From IMG/VR virus record IMGVR_UViG_3300033232_000039, positions 10,277 to 74,276 of that record: a DNA stretch of 64,000 nucleotides; one strand, 5' to 3'. Each line of letters starts with the position of its first letter. Positions within the stretch are counted from its first letter, which is position 1. The notes beneath the pieces were generated by a model. It had not been told where the DNA came from. It ran no database searches and saw only the letters and a program-made list of their open reading frames with translations. This document shows positions 55,566 through 64,000 of the stretch, piece after piece. The position numbers were made by a program, and so were the translations under genes. Source of the DNA: a virus.

Positions 55566-55913
55566 CTATGATGCATCTTCAGAATTAAGTTCTAGCCAAC
55601 GAGTTAAGGTATCTCTGGCTTTAGTGATATTACTGATTGCGGCCTGTTTGTCTTTGTTTACTGCAGACATTAGTAGTCTTTTACTGGCAGACTGGATACA
55701 ACCAGATGAATCCTGGATGTTAAACATTTGGTGAATTGCATATACATCCAGTTCAGAATAACTACTGACATCCTTATAGAAGCCAGGATAGTTAATTCCT
55801 ATGGATTGGGGCGGTGTATATGCAATACTAGAGTGTGATTCACGACAAACAATACAAAAATCTTGATCGTCATTGATGGTCGTATCACAGGTGATTGATT
55901 TACATTGATTCAT
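55566..55913 (-). CDS. Hypothetical protein (DUF3310-related, degenerate)
   Basis: YKDV...LDVY...SGCIQSASKRLL...ARDTL pattern. Confidence 0.5.
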   Translation of the reverse strand: MNQCKSITCDTTINDDQDFCIVCRESHSSIAYTPPQSIGINYPGFYKDVSSYSELDVYAIHQMFNIQDSSGCIQSASKRLLMSAVNKDKQAAISNITKARDTLTRWLELNSEDAS

Positions 55914-55946
55914 TTACTTCCTTTGTTTCATTATTAATAGCGCATC

Positions 55947-55974
55947 AAAAAAACTCCCCGAAGGGAGTCTTTTT
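55947..55974. terminator. Terminator after nrdJ
   Basis: A-run ACTCCC-cgaa-GGGAGT T-run; minus strand has C(UUCG)G loop and T7. Confidence 0.75.
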
Positions 55975-56006
55975 ATTAAAGAAGCTGTATCAAGTACATA
56001 TTTGAT

Positions 56007-57947
56007 TTACAAATACTCACATACACCTGCTGTACAAGCAAGTTCTTTTGTATTTACGGTTGTATCATCTTTCTCAAAGTTACTTAGTGCTTGCCAGTCA
56101 AATTCAGGCATACGTTCCAGTAAGTCTGCATACTCTTTAGCTGTGCACTCTGTATATGGGGCTTGCCGATAAGTATGGTCGCTATGTGGTAGAAAACTAA
56201 CACCAGCAAGTTTGTCAAAGTTGGTGTAAACCCAGTCACCTACACCCATCCACTCATGGTCTTTAACATACACGGTGATAGAAACATTGTGTTCAGACCA
56301 GTATGTTTGGAACATCAGATAATGCTCTAACTGTTCAATAGCTGAACGGTCATTGCGGAATACAGCATGTTTCGGCCCCATGACGGGAAAGCTGAAGATG
56401 TCTGTACTTTCTGGCTTGCTTACACAATCTTCTACTGGAAAACCTTGCTGACGCATAAGCTTTGCAAGGGGATCCTTCTTATCCGCACGAACAGTACGAA
56501 TGTAGTACTCAGAGTACCTGGGATGAATACCACTTGCACTGTCAACGAGCTGGCTGACTGTCCCAGATGGTTTGACTGTAGTGACTGCTACTGATTGATT
56601 GATTCCCAGTTTTTCTGCCCATGCCATATTGGTTCGAATGGCTTCTGCTTTCATGGCTTTAAGCCAGTCTTTCGTGGTATCACTGGTATTACTCAGGATC
56701 GGATGATCCATAATACCTGTCAGCGATACACCCAGTAGGCGTTCTTCTTCCTGGTTCTTTTTCCACAATGGCCGGACATAGCGAAAGTCAGTCAACATGG
56801 CTTGATAAGTACCCATGATGGTTGCAACACGAACCTTTTGGCACAGAGTCTCTAGGGTGTCTTCAGCACGAATGACCACCTCAGATAGGTTACACAGCCC
56901 TGCAGAACGTAGCGTAATCTCGGCACAGGGGTTTACCCCAATAACCTTGGTGTGATCCCTACGGCCTGATTCGATGGCTTTGTTGATAGCTGCTTGACGA
57001 TTAAAGATGCCACGCTCACCGGACTTGGATTCGATCAGGCTCAACCACTCCTTCATGAACAGTTCCATATTAGGACGTTCGGTATAAGCTGCACTGTTAT
57101 TAGCCAGAGCACGCTGAGGTTCAATAGCCCACCATTGCCCTGACTTGGCAGTACGCATACGGTCATCAGACAGATTACTCAGACTGATCAAGGCACTACG
57201 ACGGACACCTCCTACTACCACGATGTCTGCAATTTTGCATACAAGGTCATGGCATTCAACACTATTAAGCTTGCGGCCTAGAGCACCTTTGAAGGTTTTT
57301 ACAGTGAAGTTGAACAGGTCAATGAGTGGTTGTGGGCCACTGGCTCGACCACCAAAAGTCTTGAGTTTCATGCCAGCAGCACGTACCTTACTGGTATCCC
57401 ACTGAGGTACATTGCCTGCATATAGGTGCATGAACAATTCACGGAATGCACTGGCCCAGCCACCTTTACTGTCTTTGACCTGAATCACCGTATCAATAGC
57501 AGTGAATTTCTCCACAGTCTTAATAGCGGGAATGCCTTCAGCATCTGCAATGATCTTGGCTCCGATGATGGGCAGGTTAGCAATGAACTGACGTTCAACA
57601 CTGAAGCCCATACCGGTACCACACATCAGGATGTACAGGATTTCATCAAAAGCACGGACATTATCAACGGCTACAAAAGCACAGTTGAAGCCTGCCATAG
57701 GATCACGTTCCAATGCTGGGCCTGAAGTCATCAGAGCACGCATGGAGGGCATCACATTAAGCTTTACGATACTGTCATAAATTTCTTGGCTCGGGTAATC
57801 AGGGAATTTATTTGAAAAATAAGTAACATAACGTGTTACTGTTTCTTCCCAGGTTTCTCTGCGTTCTTCTTTGTCAATCCAACGGGCATAACGGGATTTA
57901 TGAACATATTCCTGAAGTGGGGTAGGTAATTGCTGTGTTGTAGGCAT
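56007..57947 (-). CDS. nrdJ: Class II (adenosylcobalamin-dependent) ribonucleotide reductase
   Basis: FNCAF, GGVRRSALI, NPCAEI, GLCNLSE, TVKPSGTVS, C-terminal CTAGVC redox pair; no adjacent beta subunit; 646 aa. Confidence 0.9.
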   Translation of the reverse strand: MPTTQQLPTPLQEYVHKSRYARWIDKEERRETWEETVTRYVTYFSNKFPDYPSQEIYDSIVKLNVMPSMRALMTSGPALERDPMAGFNCAFVAVDNVRAFDEILYILMCGTGMGFSVERQFIANLPIIGAKIIADAEGIPAIKTVEKFTAIDTVIQVKDSKGGWASAFRELFMHLYAGNVPQWDTSKVRAAGMKLKTFGGRASGPQPLIDLFNFTVKTFKGALGRKLNSVECHDLVCKIADIVVVGGVRRSALISLSNLSDDRMRTAKSGQWWAIEPQRALANNSAAYTERPNMELFMKEWLSLIESKSGERGIFNRQAAINKAIESGRRDHTKVIGVNPCAEITLRSAGLCNLSEVVIRAEDTLETLCQKVRVATIMGTYQAMLTDFRYVRPLWKKNQEEERLLGVSLTGIMDHPILSNTSDTTKDWLKAMKAEAIRTNMAWAEKLGINQSVAVTTVKPSGTVSQLVDSASGIHPRYSEYYIRTVRADKKDPLAKLMRQQGFPVEDCVSKPESTDIFSFPVMGPKHAVFRNDRSAIEQLEHYLMFQTYWSEHNVSITVYVKDHEWMGVGDWVYTNFDKLAGVSFLPHSDHTYRQAPYTECTAKEYADLLERMPEFDWQALSNFEKDDTTVNTKELACTAGVCEYL

Positions 57948-58124
57948 CTTGATTTACATGGTTAAGATAAAAAAGGGCCACAAATCATTTATTAAATGAA
58001 AAGCGGCCCAACGATTCGCCATAGCAGGATTAATTCCTGCTACTACGGAACTTTGTAAATATCTGTGTGGGGTTGGGGTATGGAGTGTAGTACTAACTGA
58101 GTCGGTATGCTTTAACTACACAAT

Positions 58125-58871
58125 TTAATAATTACCCTCTGTAAGTGCAGACCATGAAACGGGAAATAAGGGTGCAATAATCTGATCTACTTGTTTTGCA
58201 AGTTCCTGAATCTCTGCTTGAGCATGAGAATCAGATCTTTGATTATAAAAGTTGGCAAATGCATATAGACTACCTGTCCATACCCAATTAACTTTACATC
58301 CTTGAGGCAGAATGAATCTGGCTTGTTCAGCACAGATACCATCTTTAATCATTGCTTCATATACCTCAATCATGGCACGACCATAATCCTCATAAGTAGC
58401 CAACCAACTTTCACTAGCAGGATGTTTACCTGCACTACCTTGCTTGACCGAAGCCGCAGCGGAGCGAAAGGCTTCGGGCATATAAAGCTCAGGAATGCTA
58501 TTTATATATCGCCGGGATTCTTCAGATTCCACAAAACCAATTTTATGTTTAAAACATTGAACGCGAATAGGTATAGGCGCTTTCATACGCAAGGTAATGT
58601 GAGGATGACCAAAAGGAACCCAATGTTCCGGGATACTACGACAGTAAACAGCTAGATCATGAGCTTCTTGCCTACTAAGTTGTACACCATCACTACTCAT
58701 CTTGTTAAGTAAGTTATCCCAATCTCCAGAAGCCATACCACGCGCAAGGAAGCGCACCAAGTTATTATTCTGGCTTTCTGTGAAGTTATCTGCCAAAGTA
58801 GCAAAGGATTGCCTTGCATAATTGGCTACATCTCTATCAGTAAGATAGTGGTTAAGGTAAACTGCTTTCAT
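58125..58871 (-). CDS. thyX: Flavin-dependent thymidylate synthase
   Basis: HWVPFGH, FKHKIGFVESEESRRY, EQARFILPQG, WVWTGSL, HAQAEI. Confidence 0.9.
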   Translation of the reverse strand: MKAVYLNHYLTDRDVANYARQSFATLADNFTESQNNNLVRFLARGMASGDWDNLLNKMSSDGVQLSRQEAHDLAVYCRSIPEHWVPFGHPHITLRMKAPIPIRVQCFKHKIGFVESEESRRYINSIPELYMPEAFRSAAASVKQGSAGKHPASESWLATYEDYGRAMIEVYEAMIKDGICAEQARFILPQGCKVNWVWTGSLYAFANFYNQRSDSHAQAEIQELAKQVDQIIAPLFPVSWSALTEGNY

Positions 58872-58923
58872 TTCATCTTTCTATAGTGGTTAAAATGGTA
58901 TTGCTAATTAATAGGAAGTAATT

Positions 58924-60066
58924 ATGACTGTATGTGGAACAGGTGGGTGGGTTGGCCCAAAGCCAGGTGATCCTGATAATAATGTTTTACTTAGTGCTAC
59001 TCCTGCATTTGGTGGGATTGATGTATCTTGGACATATCCAAAAGTTAATTCTCATGCAGTAGCACACATTATTCTTTACCGTGGATTTATTCCTGAATTC
59101 GTAGGTGCCATATATCACGGCACAGTAACCGGCAATATGTTTTATGATCGTACTACTGCCAGTACGATCATTGAGTATTTTTACTGGATTCAAATTGTTT
59201 CTGTAAACGGTACTGTTGGTGAATTGATAGGCCCTGCCTCTGCAGTAGCACGCCCTACTATCGAACAGACCCTTGAAATGTTAACAGGACAGATTGATGC
59301 AGGGATGTTGGCACAGGAATTAAAGCTTGAGCTAGGTAATATTAGTTTACTGGGTAATGATATTACCCAAGAAGTTAAAGATCGTATGACGGCAAATCTT
59401 GCTTTAGGTGAAACTATTGCAGGTTTGGAGGGTCAAGTAACAAATGCTATTACTATTGTTGATTCTGAAATCAATAAACGTATTACTGCAGATTCAGCTA
59501 TCGTAACTTCACTGGATTCTATGGCAGTAGGTTTTAATGAGTCTATTGCTGGTTTAGCAGAAGAAGTTATTCTCAAAACAGGGCCAACAAGTGCCCTAGC
59601 CCAGAAGATTACTACATTGGAAGCAACAGTAGATGGTGATACTGTTACTGGTCAAATTGGTTTGACTACTGAAGTAGATACTGTCACTAATACAGTTGCT
59701 GGGTTATATACTGCCAAAATTGATGTTAATGGCTTGGTAGGTGGTTTTGGTTTAGCCAATGATGGTGCTACTGTAGAAGCAGGGTTTGATGTAGATCGTT
59801 TCTGGGTAGGTCGTACAAATACTGATAAACGTAAACCATTCATTATTGAAAACGGTGAAGTGTTCATAAATAAAGCAGCTATTGCTGATGCTTCTATTAC
59901 TGCTGCCAAGATTGATTCAATCTCATTAATTGGCCCTAATAAGTTCAATGTCAAAGGATCAAATACATCCAACACATACATGCAAATTAACTCTCGCTCT
60001 ATAAAAGTATATGAAAATGGTATATTGCGTGTACATATTGGTGATTTGTCAGATACAGGGGTCTAA
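58924..60066 (+). CDS. Tail tip / host-specificity protein with Fn3-like N-terminus and gpJ-type C-terminus (DUF1983-like)
   Basis: GGIDVSWTYP; YTAKIDVNGLVGGFGL...DRFWVG...PFIIENGEVFINKAAIADASITAAKI; KVYENGILRVHIG. Confidence 0.75.
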   Translation: MTVCGTGGWVGPKPGDPDNNVLLSATPAFGGIDVSWTYPKVNSHAVAHIILYRGFIPEFVGAIYHGTVTGNMFYDRTTASTIIEYFYWIQIVSVNGTVGELIGPASAVARPTIEQTLEMLTGQIDAGMLAQELKLELGNISLLGNDITQEVKDRMTANLALGETIAGLEGQVTNAITIVDSEINKRITADSAIVTSLDSMAVGFNESIAGLAEEVILKTGPTSALAQKITTLEATVDGDTVTGQIGLTTEVDTVTNTVAGLYTAKIDVNGLVGGFGLANDGATVEAGFDVDRFWVGRTNTDKRKPFIIENGEVFINKAAIADASITAAKIDSISLIGPNKFNVKGSNTSNTYMQINSRSIKVYENGILRVHIGDLSDTGV

Positions 60067-60068
60067 CT

Positions 60069-60359
60069 ATGAGTTATGGGTGGTTACTAGATGGCTTTAA
60101 CTCTAATTCAGCAGGATTTTCTGTATTGGATTCTTTTACCGTAGCTGCGAGTATTTCAGTAAATAAAACATATACATCTGACGTACTTAAACATGCCAAT
60201 AGCATCAAACTTTTTATAGTTATTGCTGAAGGCTCTTCTGATCATACTTTGTATAGTTATCCTACTTTAACTACTTCATTTGATAAAATTAATGGGATAG
60301 CTAGAGTTACTGGTAATGGTGGCTCATACCCGTTCTTTGTTATGGTGTTTATTCAATGA
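60069..60359 (+). CDS. Putative tail accessory protein
   Basis: 96 aa; MSYG start, beta-rich, follows the J-like gene. Confidence 0.55.
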   Translation: MSYGWLLDGFNSNSAGFSVLDSFTVAASISVNKTYTSDVLKHANSIKLFIVIAEGSSDHTLYSYPTLTTSFDKINGIARVTGNGGSYPFFVMVFIQ

Positions 60360-61249
60360 CTTATGGTTTTATAGCTAAAAGTACTAATGGTGCCTTATTA
60401 GCTTCTAGTGATAGTGCTAACTATGAGCTATCACAGAGAATTTCTTCTGGTACACGTACAGGTAATGTGGTAGTTTATTACTTTACCCCTGTAGAGTTTC
60501 CCGTATTTTTTGTGGAAACTCCTATTGGCGGTACTGCTGGCATATTAGATTTCACTAATAATTCTGTGCGTATCATTTGTAATGGTAATTACCCAGTCAA
60601 TGTGTATAAGCGTGTTAGCAGTGTCAGTGGTTTTGGTATTGCTGCATATGATAGTAAAAGTAAATTAACCTTCAAGGCTAATACCAATATATTAAATGTA
60701 CTATCAGCAGGATATATGAATATTGGGGGAAATTTTACTGGCTTAGGTAATTCAGTAGCTTTTCCTGCAGTAGCTTCAACAACAACTTTAGTTGTGTCAG
60801 AAGCTAATGTTCCATACAGTACTTACCAAACTTCACAGACTGTATGGGTTACTTTTATAAGTGGCTATGACCAGTGGGGTTCACCCATTTATTCCAAAAC
60901 TACTACTACAGTTAGAACAACCTGGCAAGTTTATGCTCTTGTACGTACACACACTTGGGCAGTAAAACGAGCAGTTGCTCGTCGTTTACATAGTACTGGC
61001 TATAGCCAGGATTGGGAAGTGCACTCATCAGGTTTTTACAAAAAAGTTCTATCTTGGACTTCTAAACCAATTGGATCTGATCAGCCTTTGGAACAAATAG
61101 TACTGGGTTCAGGCTATTATCCACCTATACCCCCAACAACACCTGATTCTATAGTGAATGGTTTTAGTGGTGCTTTTACTCAAGACAATACGTTCCCATA
61201 CTCTAATGGACAGACTATCTCTGCTATAGCTACTATTTTGACGAGTTAA
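60356..61249 (+). CDS. Putative tail accessory / receptor-binding protein
   Basis: 297 aa; MTYGFIAK start, FGIAAYD repeat-like motif, Thr/Ser/Val-rich. Confidence 0.6.
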   Translation: MTYGFIAKSTNGALLASSDSANYELSQRISSGTRTGNVVVYYFTPVEFPVFFVETPIGGTAGILDFTNNSVRIICNGNYPVNVYKRVSSVSGFGIAAYDSKSKLTFKANTNILNVLSAGYMNIGGNFTGLGNSVAFPAVASTTTLVVSEANVPYSTYQTSQTVWVTFISGYDQWGSPIYSKTTTTVRTTWQVYALVRTHTWAVKRAVARRLHSTGYSQDWEVHSSGFYKKVLSWTSKPIGSDQPLEQIVLGSGYYPPIPPTTPDSIVNGFSGAFTQDNTFPYSNGQTISAIATILTS

Positions 61250-61948
61250 AGAAATTTAACTAAAAAAATAGTTATGAATAAAACTTGCTGTTGTGTGGTT
61301 AAGCATATGCCTACGGGTTCAATACAGCGAGTTGACTGCACAAGACATGCCACGAGGACTTGCTTGGTTTAAGGCTTGATCAATATAGCTAGATAGTGCT
61401 GGAAAGTGCGGTTTTCATACTGATTTACCCTTTTTTAGGGCTCCGTAACTTTTAGGAAGCAGGCACATTGCCTGACTTCTAATGAAGCCAGAAAACCAAG
61501 ATTTTACTTAAATTCAGAAGACTTTAAGACAAGATCTGACTTAACAGCTATCAGGAAACCTACCGGAGGTAGCTTTTATATTAAAAATAAATAAGTACTA
61601 TTGTTTATCAGTACTTATTAAACAGGGTATCATAGGCCCTGCAACAGTATTACTATCAATAACTATTGATTAGTAATATATGTTGGTAGTGTGTTGGATG
61701 ACTGGCTTACGCAGCAACTTCCTACTCAACCTGTAAAACTTATTTCAGTTTATTCTGAAATTAACTTGTTTGTTGTTGGAGTACGTTATGCTGTCTGTAA
61801 GAAGTATTGGTTTGGCTTATTCTACTAAGTCAAATTACATTCCTAAATCTATCTTCTAGAGTAGATTGGTACGTAGTAATTCTGCTACGGGCAGTTCTCT
61901 TGTCAGTTAACTATCTTTTCTTCCTTTTAATCTTTTAGGAGACTTACT
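61250..61948. ncRNA. Candidate large structured non-coding element
   Basis: ~700 nt with no ORF of 60 aa or more in the track, tiled by at least 9 stem-loops. Confidence 0.4.
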
Positions 61949-62374
61949 ATGTCACAATTTTCTAACTACACTGAGGCTAACATTGTTGAAACTACTTTGC
62001 GTGGTGCAGCTTTCCCTGTTCCCGCTAGTGTCTATGTAGCTATGTTCACTGCGGATCCTACGGATGCCAACGTGACTGCCAATGAAGTTCAAGTTAGTAA
62101 TTGGCCTGCTTATGCACGACAAGATGCTGCTAATGGTGGTCTGATTGCTACAGGTTGGACTGCACCTTCTAATGGTGTTTCAACCAATGCCAAAGTGATT
62201 ACTTTTCCGATCAATAACGGTACAGGCAATGTGACTGCTACCCACCTTGGTTTGTATGATGCTGCTAGTGGTGGTAACTTGATCTACCATGCTCCGCTGG
62301 TATCACCTAAGACGCTATTGCCTGGTGATGTGATTAGCTTCAGTATTGGCTCACTGACCGTTACTGTCGCGTAA
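61949..62374 (+). CDS. Small tail-fiber-associated structural protein
   Basis: SNYTE...VYVAMFTADP...YARQ...ITFP...HLGLYDAASGGNL...KTL..GD motif set; AGGAG RBS. Confidence 0.75.
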   Translation: MSQFSNYTEANIVETTLRGAAFPVPASVYVAMFTADPTDANVTANEVQVSNWPAYARQDAANGGLIATGWTAPSNGVSTNAKVITFPINNGTGNVTATHLGLYDAASGGNLIYHAPLVSPKTLLPGDVISFSIGSLTVTVA

Positions 62375-62396
62375 TATAACGTAGCTTGGCACAACC

Positions 62397-63791
62397 ATGA
62401 ACTTGTTCACACTGAACGGGAATACACTCAACGGATCTCGTTTAGTGGGGGTTGCTGCTGCTGCTACGTTTACGTGTGCAGCCACTATAGCTGCATCAGG
62501 TACGCGGATACAGGATGCTTTGGCTCCTGTATCTGGTGTAACCAGTTTTGTTGCTCAACCAACACATACACATAAAGGGCAAGTAAGTCCTTTGATGGGT
62601 GAAGCTCTTGTCTTTGTAACTGCTACACACAATCACAGTGTCAAAGCCAATATCAGTGCTTCTGCTGGTATTCAGGGCTTTGTGGCGCGCTATCAGACAG
62701 CTTCTGCTTTCATTACAGGCTCTGCTTCTGCCTTGATGATTCCAGCTTCTGTACTTGGGTCATCCAATATAAGTGGTAATAGCACACTTGTTGCTACTGG
62801 AACGCAGATTCTTCCAGGACACTCAGTTATTGGCACTGCTGCTTATGTAGTTGTGACAGGCTCCCCTACAGTGACAAGATATGTTACTGCTAATGCAGGA
62901 AGTGGTAGTGGCAGTTTACGCGCTGAACCTACTATTAATGGTATTGCATATTCATATGCCAACCTAGGTGGTTCAGCCGATATCTCTATCATAGAGTCGG
63001 GCCTTACAAAACGTATGGCATTTGCCAATATTAATGTTGCTGCAGTATCTAATGCAATAGCAACACATCGGCAAATGAGTTATGCTTTTTCTAAAGGCAT
63101 GTCTGCATTAGTAAATGCAGAACCATATATTACTGTAGGGAATGCATACTCTTTCTTAATTAACACAGCTTCCTTCGTTGCTGAAGGCTTGATTGGAAAG
63201 AGTGCAAGTGCACTCGTAAGTAGTGGAAGCACGGTATCTCCAAGAAGCTCTGTGAAGCATGGTTCAACCAAAGCTATGTTATCTGGTTCTGCAGATTTAA
63301 CTGTAACCAGTCTGGTTATTAGAGGGGTTGTGGGTAAACCCATAGTAGGTAAAGCCACAATGAACACAGTAGCAGCAGTAACGCGCTATTGTTTTATGGA
63401 CGCTATTGGCTCTGGTTTTGTACAAGCTTCTGCAGTTCGTAGGATTTACGGGGAAGCTTCACCGATTAAAGGCTCTTCTAGCTTCAGTGCACAACCGGAT
63501 ATTACTATACGGCAAGCATCTGCACCCGTAATGACATCTGCTACCTTCACTGCAGAGGGTTGGATTGTTCGTTATGCGATTAGTAATTTGATTGGTTCAA
63601 GTGACTTTGCTGTCAGTGCTGTTCGTACTGTGTATCCATCTGCTAATATTCTTGGTAGTATTTCAATTAATGCTGACACTATTGCAAACGGTGCAAGTTT
63701 TGATCCTCCTGAGCGTACTTTCTATAGCTTGTTAAGAGATATTGAGTATGTACGGCCATTTATAGAAACAGAATTCTGGAGATTAGCATGA
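62397..63791 (+). CDS. Ala/Ser/Thr-rich beta-repeat tail protein
   Basis: 464 aa; MNLFTLNGNTLNG start; recurrent ~20-aa A..I.GS/A.L.A segments. Confidence 0.65.
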   Translation: MNLFTLNGNTLNGSRLVGVAAAATFTCAATIAASGTRIQDALAPVSGVTSFVAQPTHTHKGQVSPLMGEALVFVTATHNHSVKANISASAGIQGFVARYQTASAFITGSASALMIPASVLGSSNISGNSTLVATGTQILPGHSVIGTAAYVVVTGSPTVTRYVTANAGSGSGSLRAEPTINGIAYSYANLGGSADISIIESGLTKRMAFANINVAAVSNAIATHRQMSYAFSKGMSALVNAEPYITVGNAYSFLINTASFVAEGLIGKSASALVSSGSTVSPRSSVKHGSTKAMLSGSADLTVTSLVIRGVVGKPIVGKATMNTVAAVTRYCFMDAIGSGFVQASAVRRIYGEASPIKGSSSFSAQPDITIRQASAPVMTSATFTAEGWIVRYAISNLIGSSDFAVSAVRTVYPSANILGSISINADTIANGASFDPPERTFYSLLRDIEYVRPFIETEFWRLA

Positions 63792-64000
63792 AATTAGGTA
63801 CAGTAACTAAACAGCCTATTGAACGGTTCAGCTACACAGTTAACTATGCTGATGCATTGACTATTGGTGACAATGTTCAGGAAACTTCCGTTAATGTAAC
63901 TCCTGAAGGTTTAACTATTGATAATGTTGGTGTCTATGACCCACGTGTAAAGTTTTGGGTTAAAGGTGGTACTAGTGGTGTTTCTTACAAGATCGAAGTA
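63788..64000 (+). CDS. Fiber-tail adaptor-like protein, partial
   Basis: ATG 63788: MKLGTVTKQPIERFSYTVNYADALTIGDNV...KFWVKGGTSGVSYKIEV; runs off the window. Confidence 0.65.
   Translation, partial: MKLGTVTKQPIERFSYTVNYADALTIGDNVQETSVNVTPEGLTIDNVGVYDPRVKFWVKGGTSGVSYKIEV

Noticed and set aside
57948-58124. Canonical cobalamin riboswitch upstream of nrdJ
   Set aside because: The conserved B12-box elements I would expect are not present
6820-58871. Inteins or introns in DNA polymerase, TerL, NrdJ or ThyX; recoded stop codons
   Set aside because: Lengths are ordinary, motifs are contiguous in standard code 11, and no intein or homing endonuclease motifs are evident
61274-61372. 32-aa Cys-rich ORF MNKTCCCVVKH... 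in the non-coding island
   Set aside because: No RBS, very short, and overlaps the first stem; more likely incidental
61250-61948. Group I/II intron, tmRNA or CRISPR array
   Set aside because: It interrupts no gene; I recognise no catalytic core or tmRNA ends; the stems are unrelated to one another rather than direct repeats

Overview
Most of the window (about 4,567-64,000; roughly 40% GC in hand-sampled lines) is a circularly permuted N4-like (Schitoviridae-type) podophage genome. It carries the three N4 hallmarks: a 3,627-aa cysteine-free virion RNA polymerase, a split two-subunit T7-like RNAP II, and an N4-type terminase/portal/capsid block. It also encodes a family A DNA polymerase, helicase, primase, Sak4, SSB, NrdJ, ThyX, dUTPase, an Rnl2-type RNA ligase and one tRNA(CAT). 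The physical genome ends probably lie near 21.5-22.2 kb, where early genes (minus strand) and late genes (plus strand) diverge and four regularly built hairpin promoters sit. The first ~4.55 kb is GC-richer (about 55% in sampled lines), duplicates the Sak4 and Cas4-like nuclease functions, and is probably a different phage contig or an acquired block. Top observations: (1) a phage-encoded RNA polymerase alpha-CTD mimic directly behind RNAP II; (2) a natural Tyr-to-Phe change at the T7 Y639-equivalent site of the virion RNAP; (3) a ~700-nt hairpin-tiled non-coding island in the tail operon; (4) a four-member early hairpin-promoter motif; (5) an early SLOG + macrodomain pair; (6) a free-standing DNA Pol A fingers/O-helix mini-protein. 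All family and N4 gene-number assignments come from motif recognition and gene order, not database searches.
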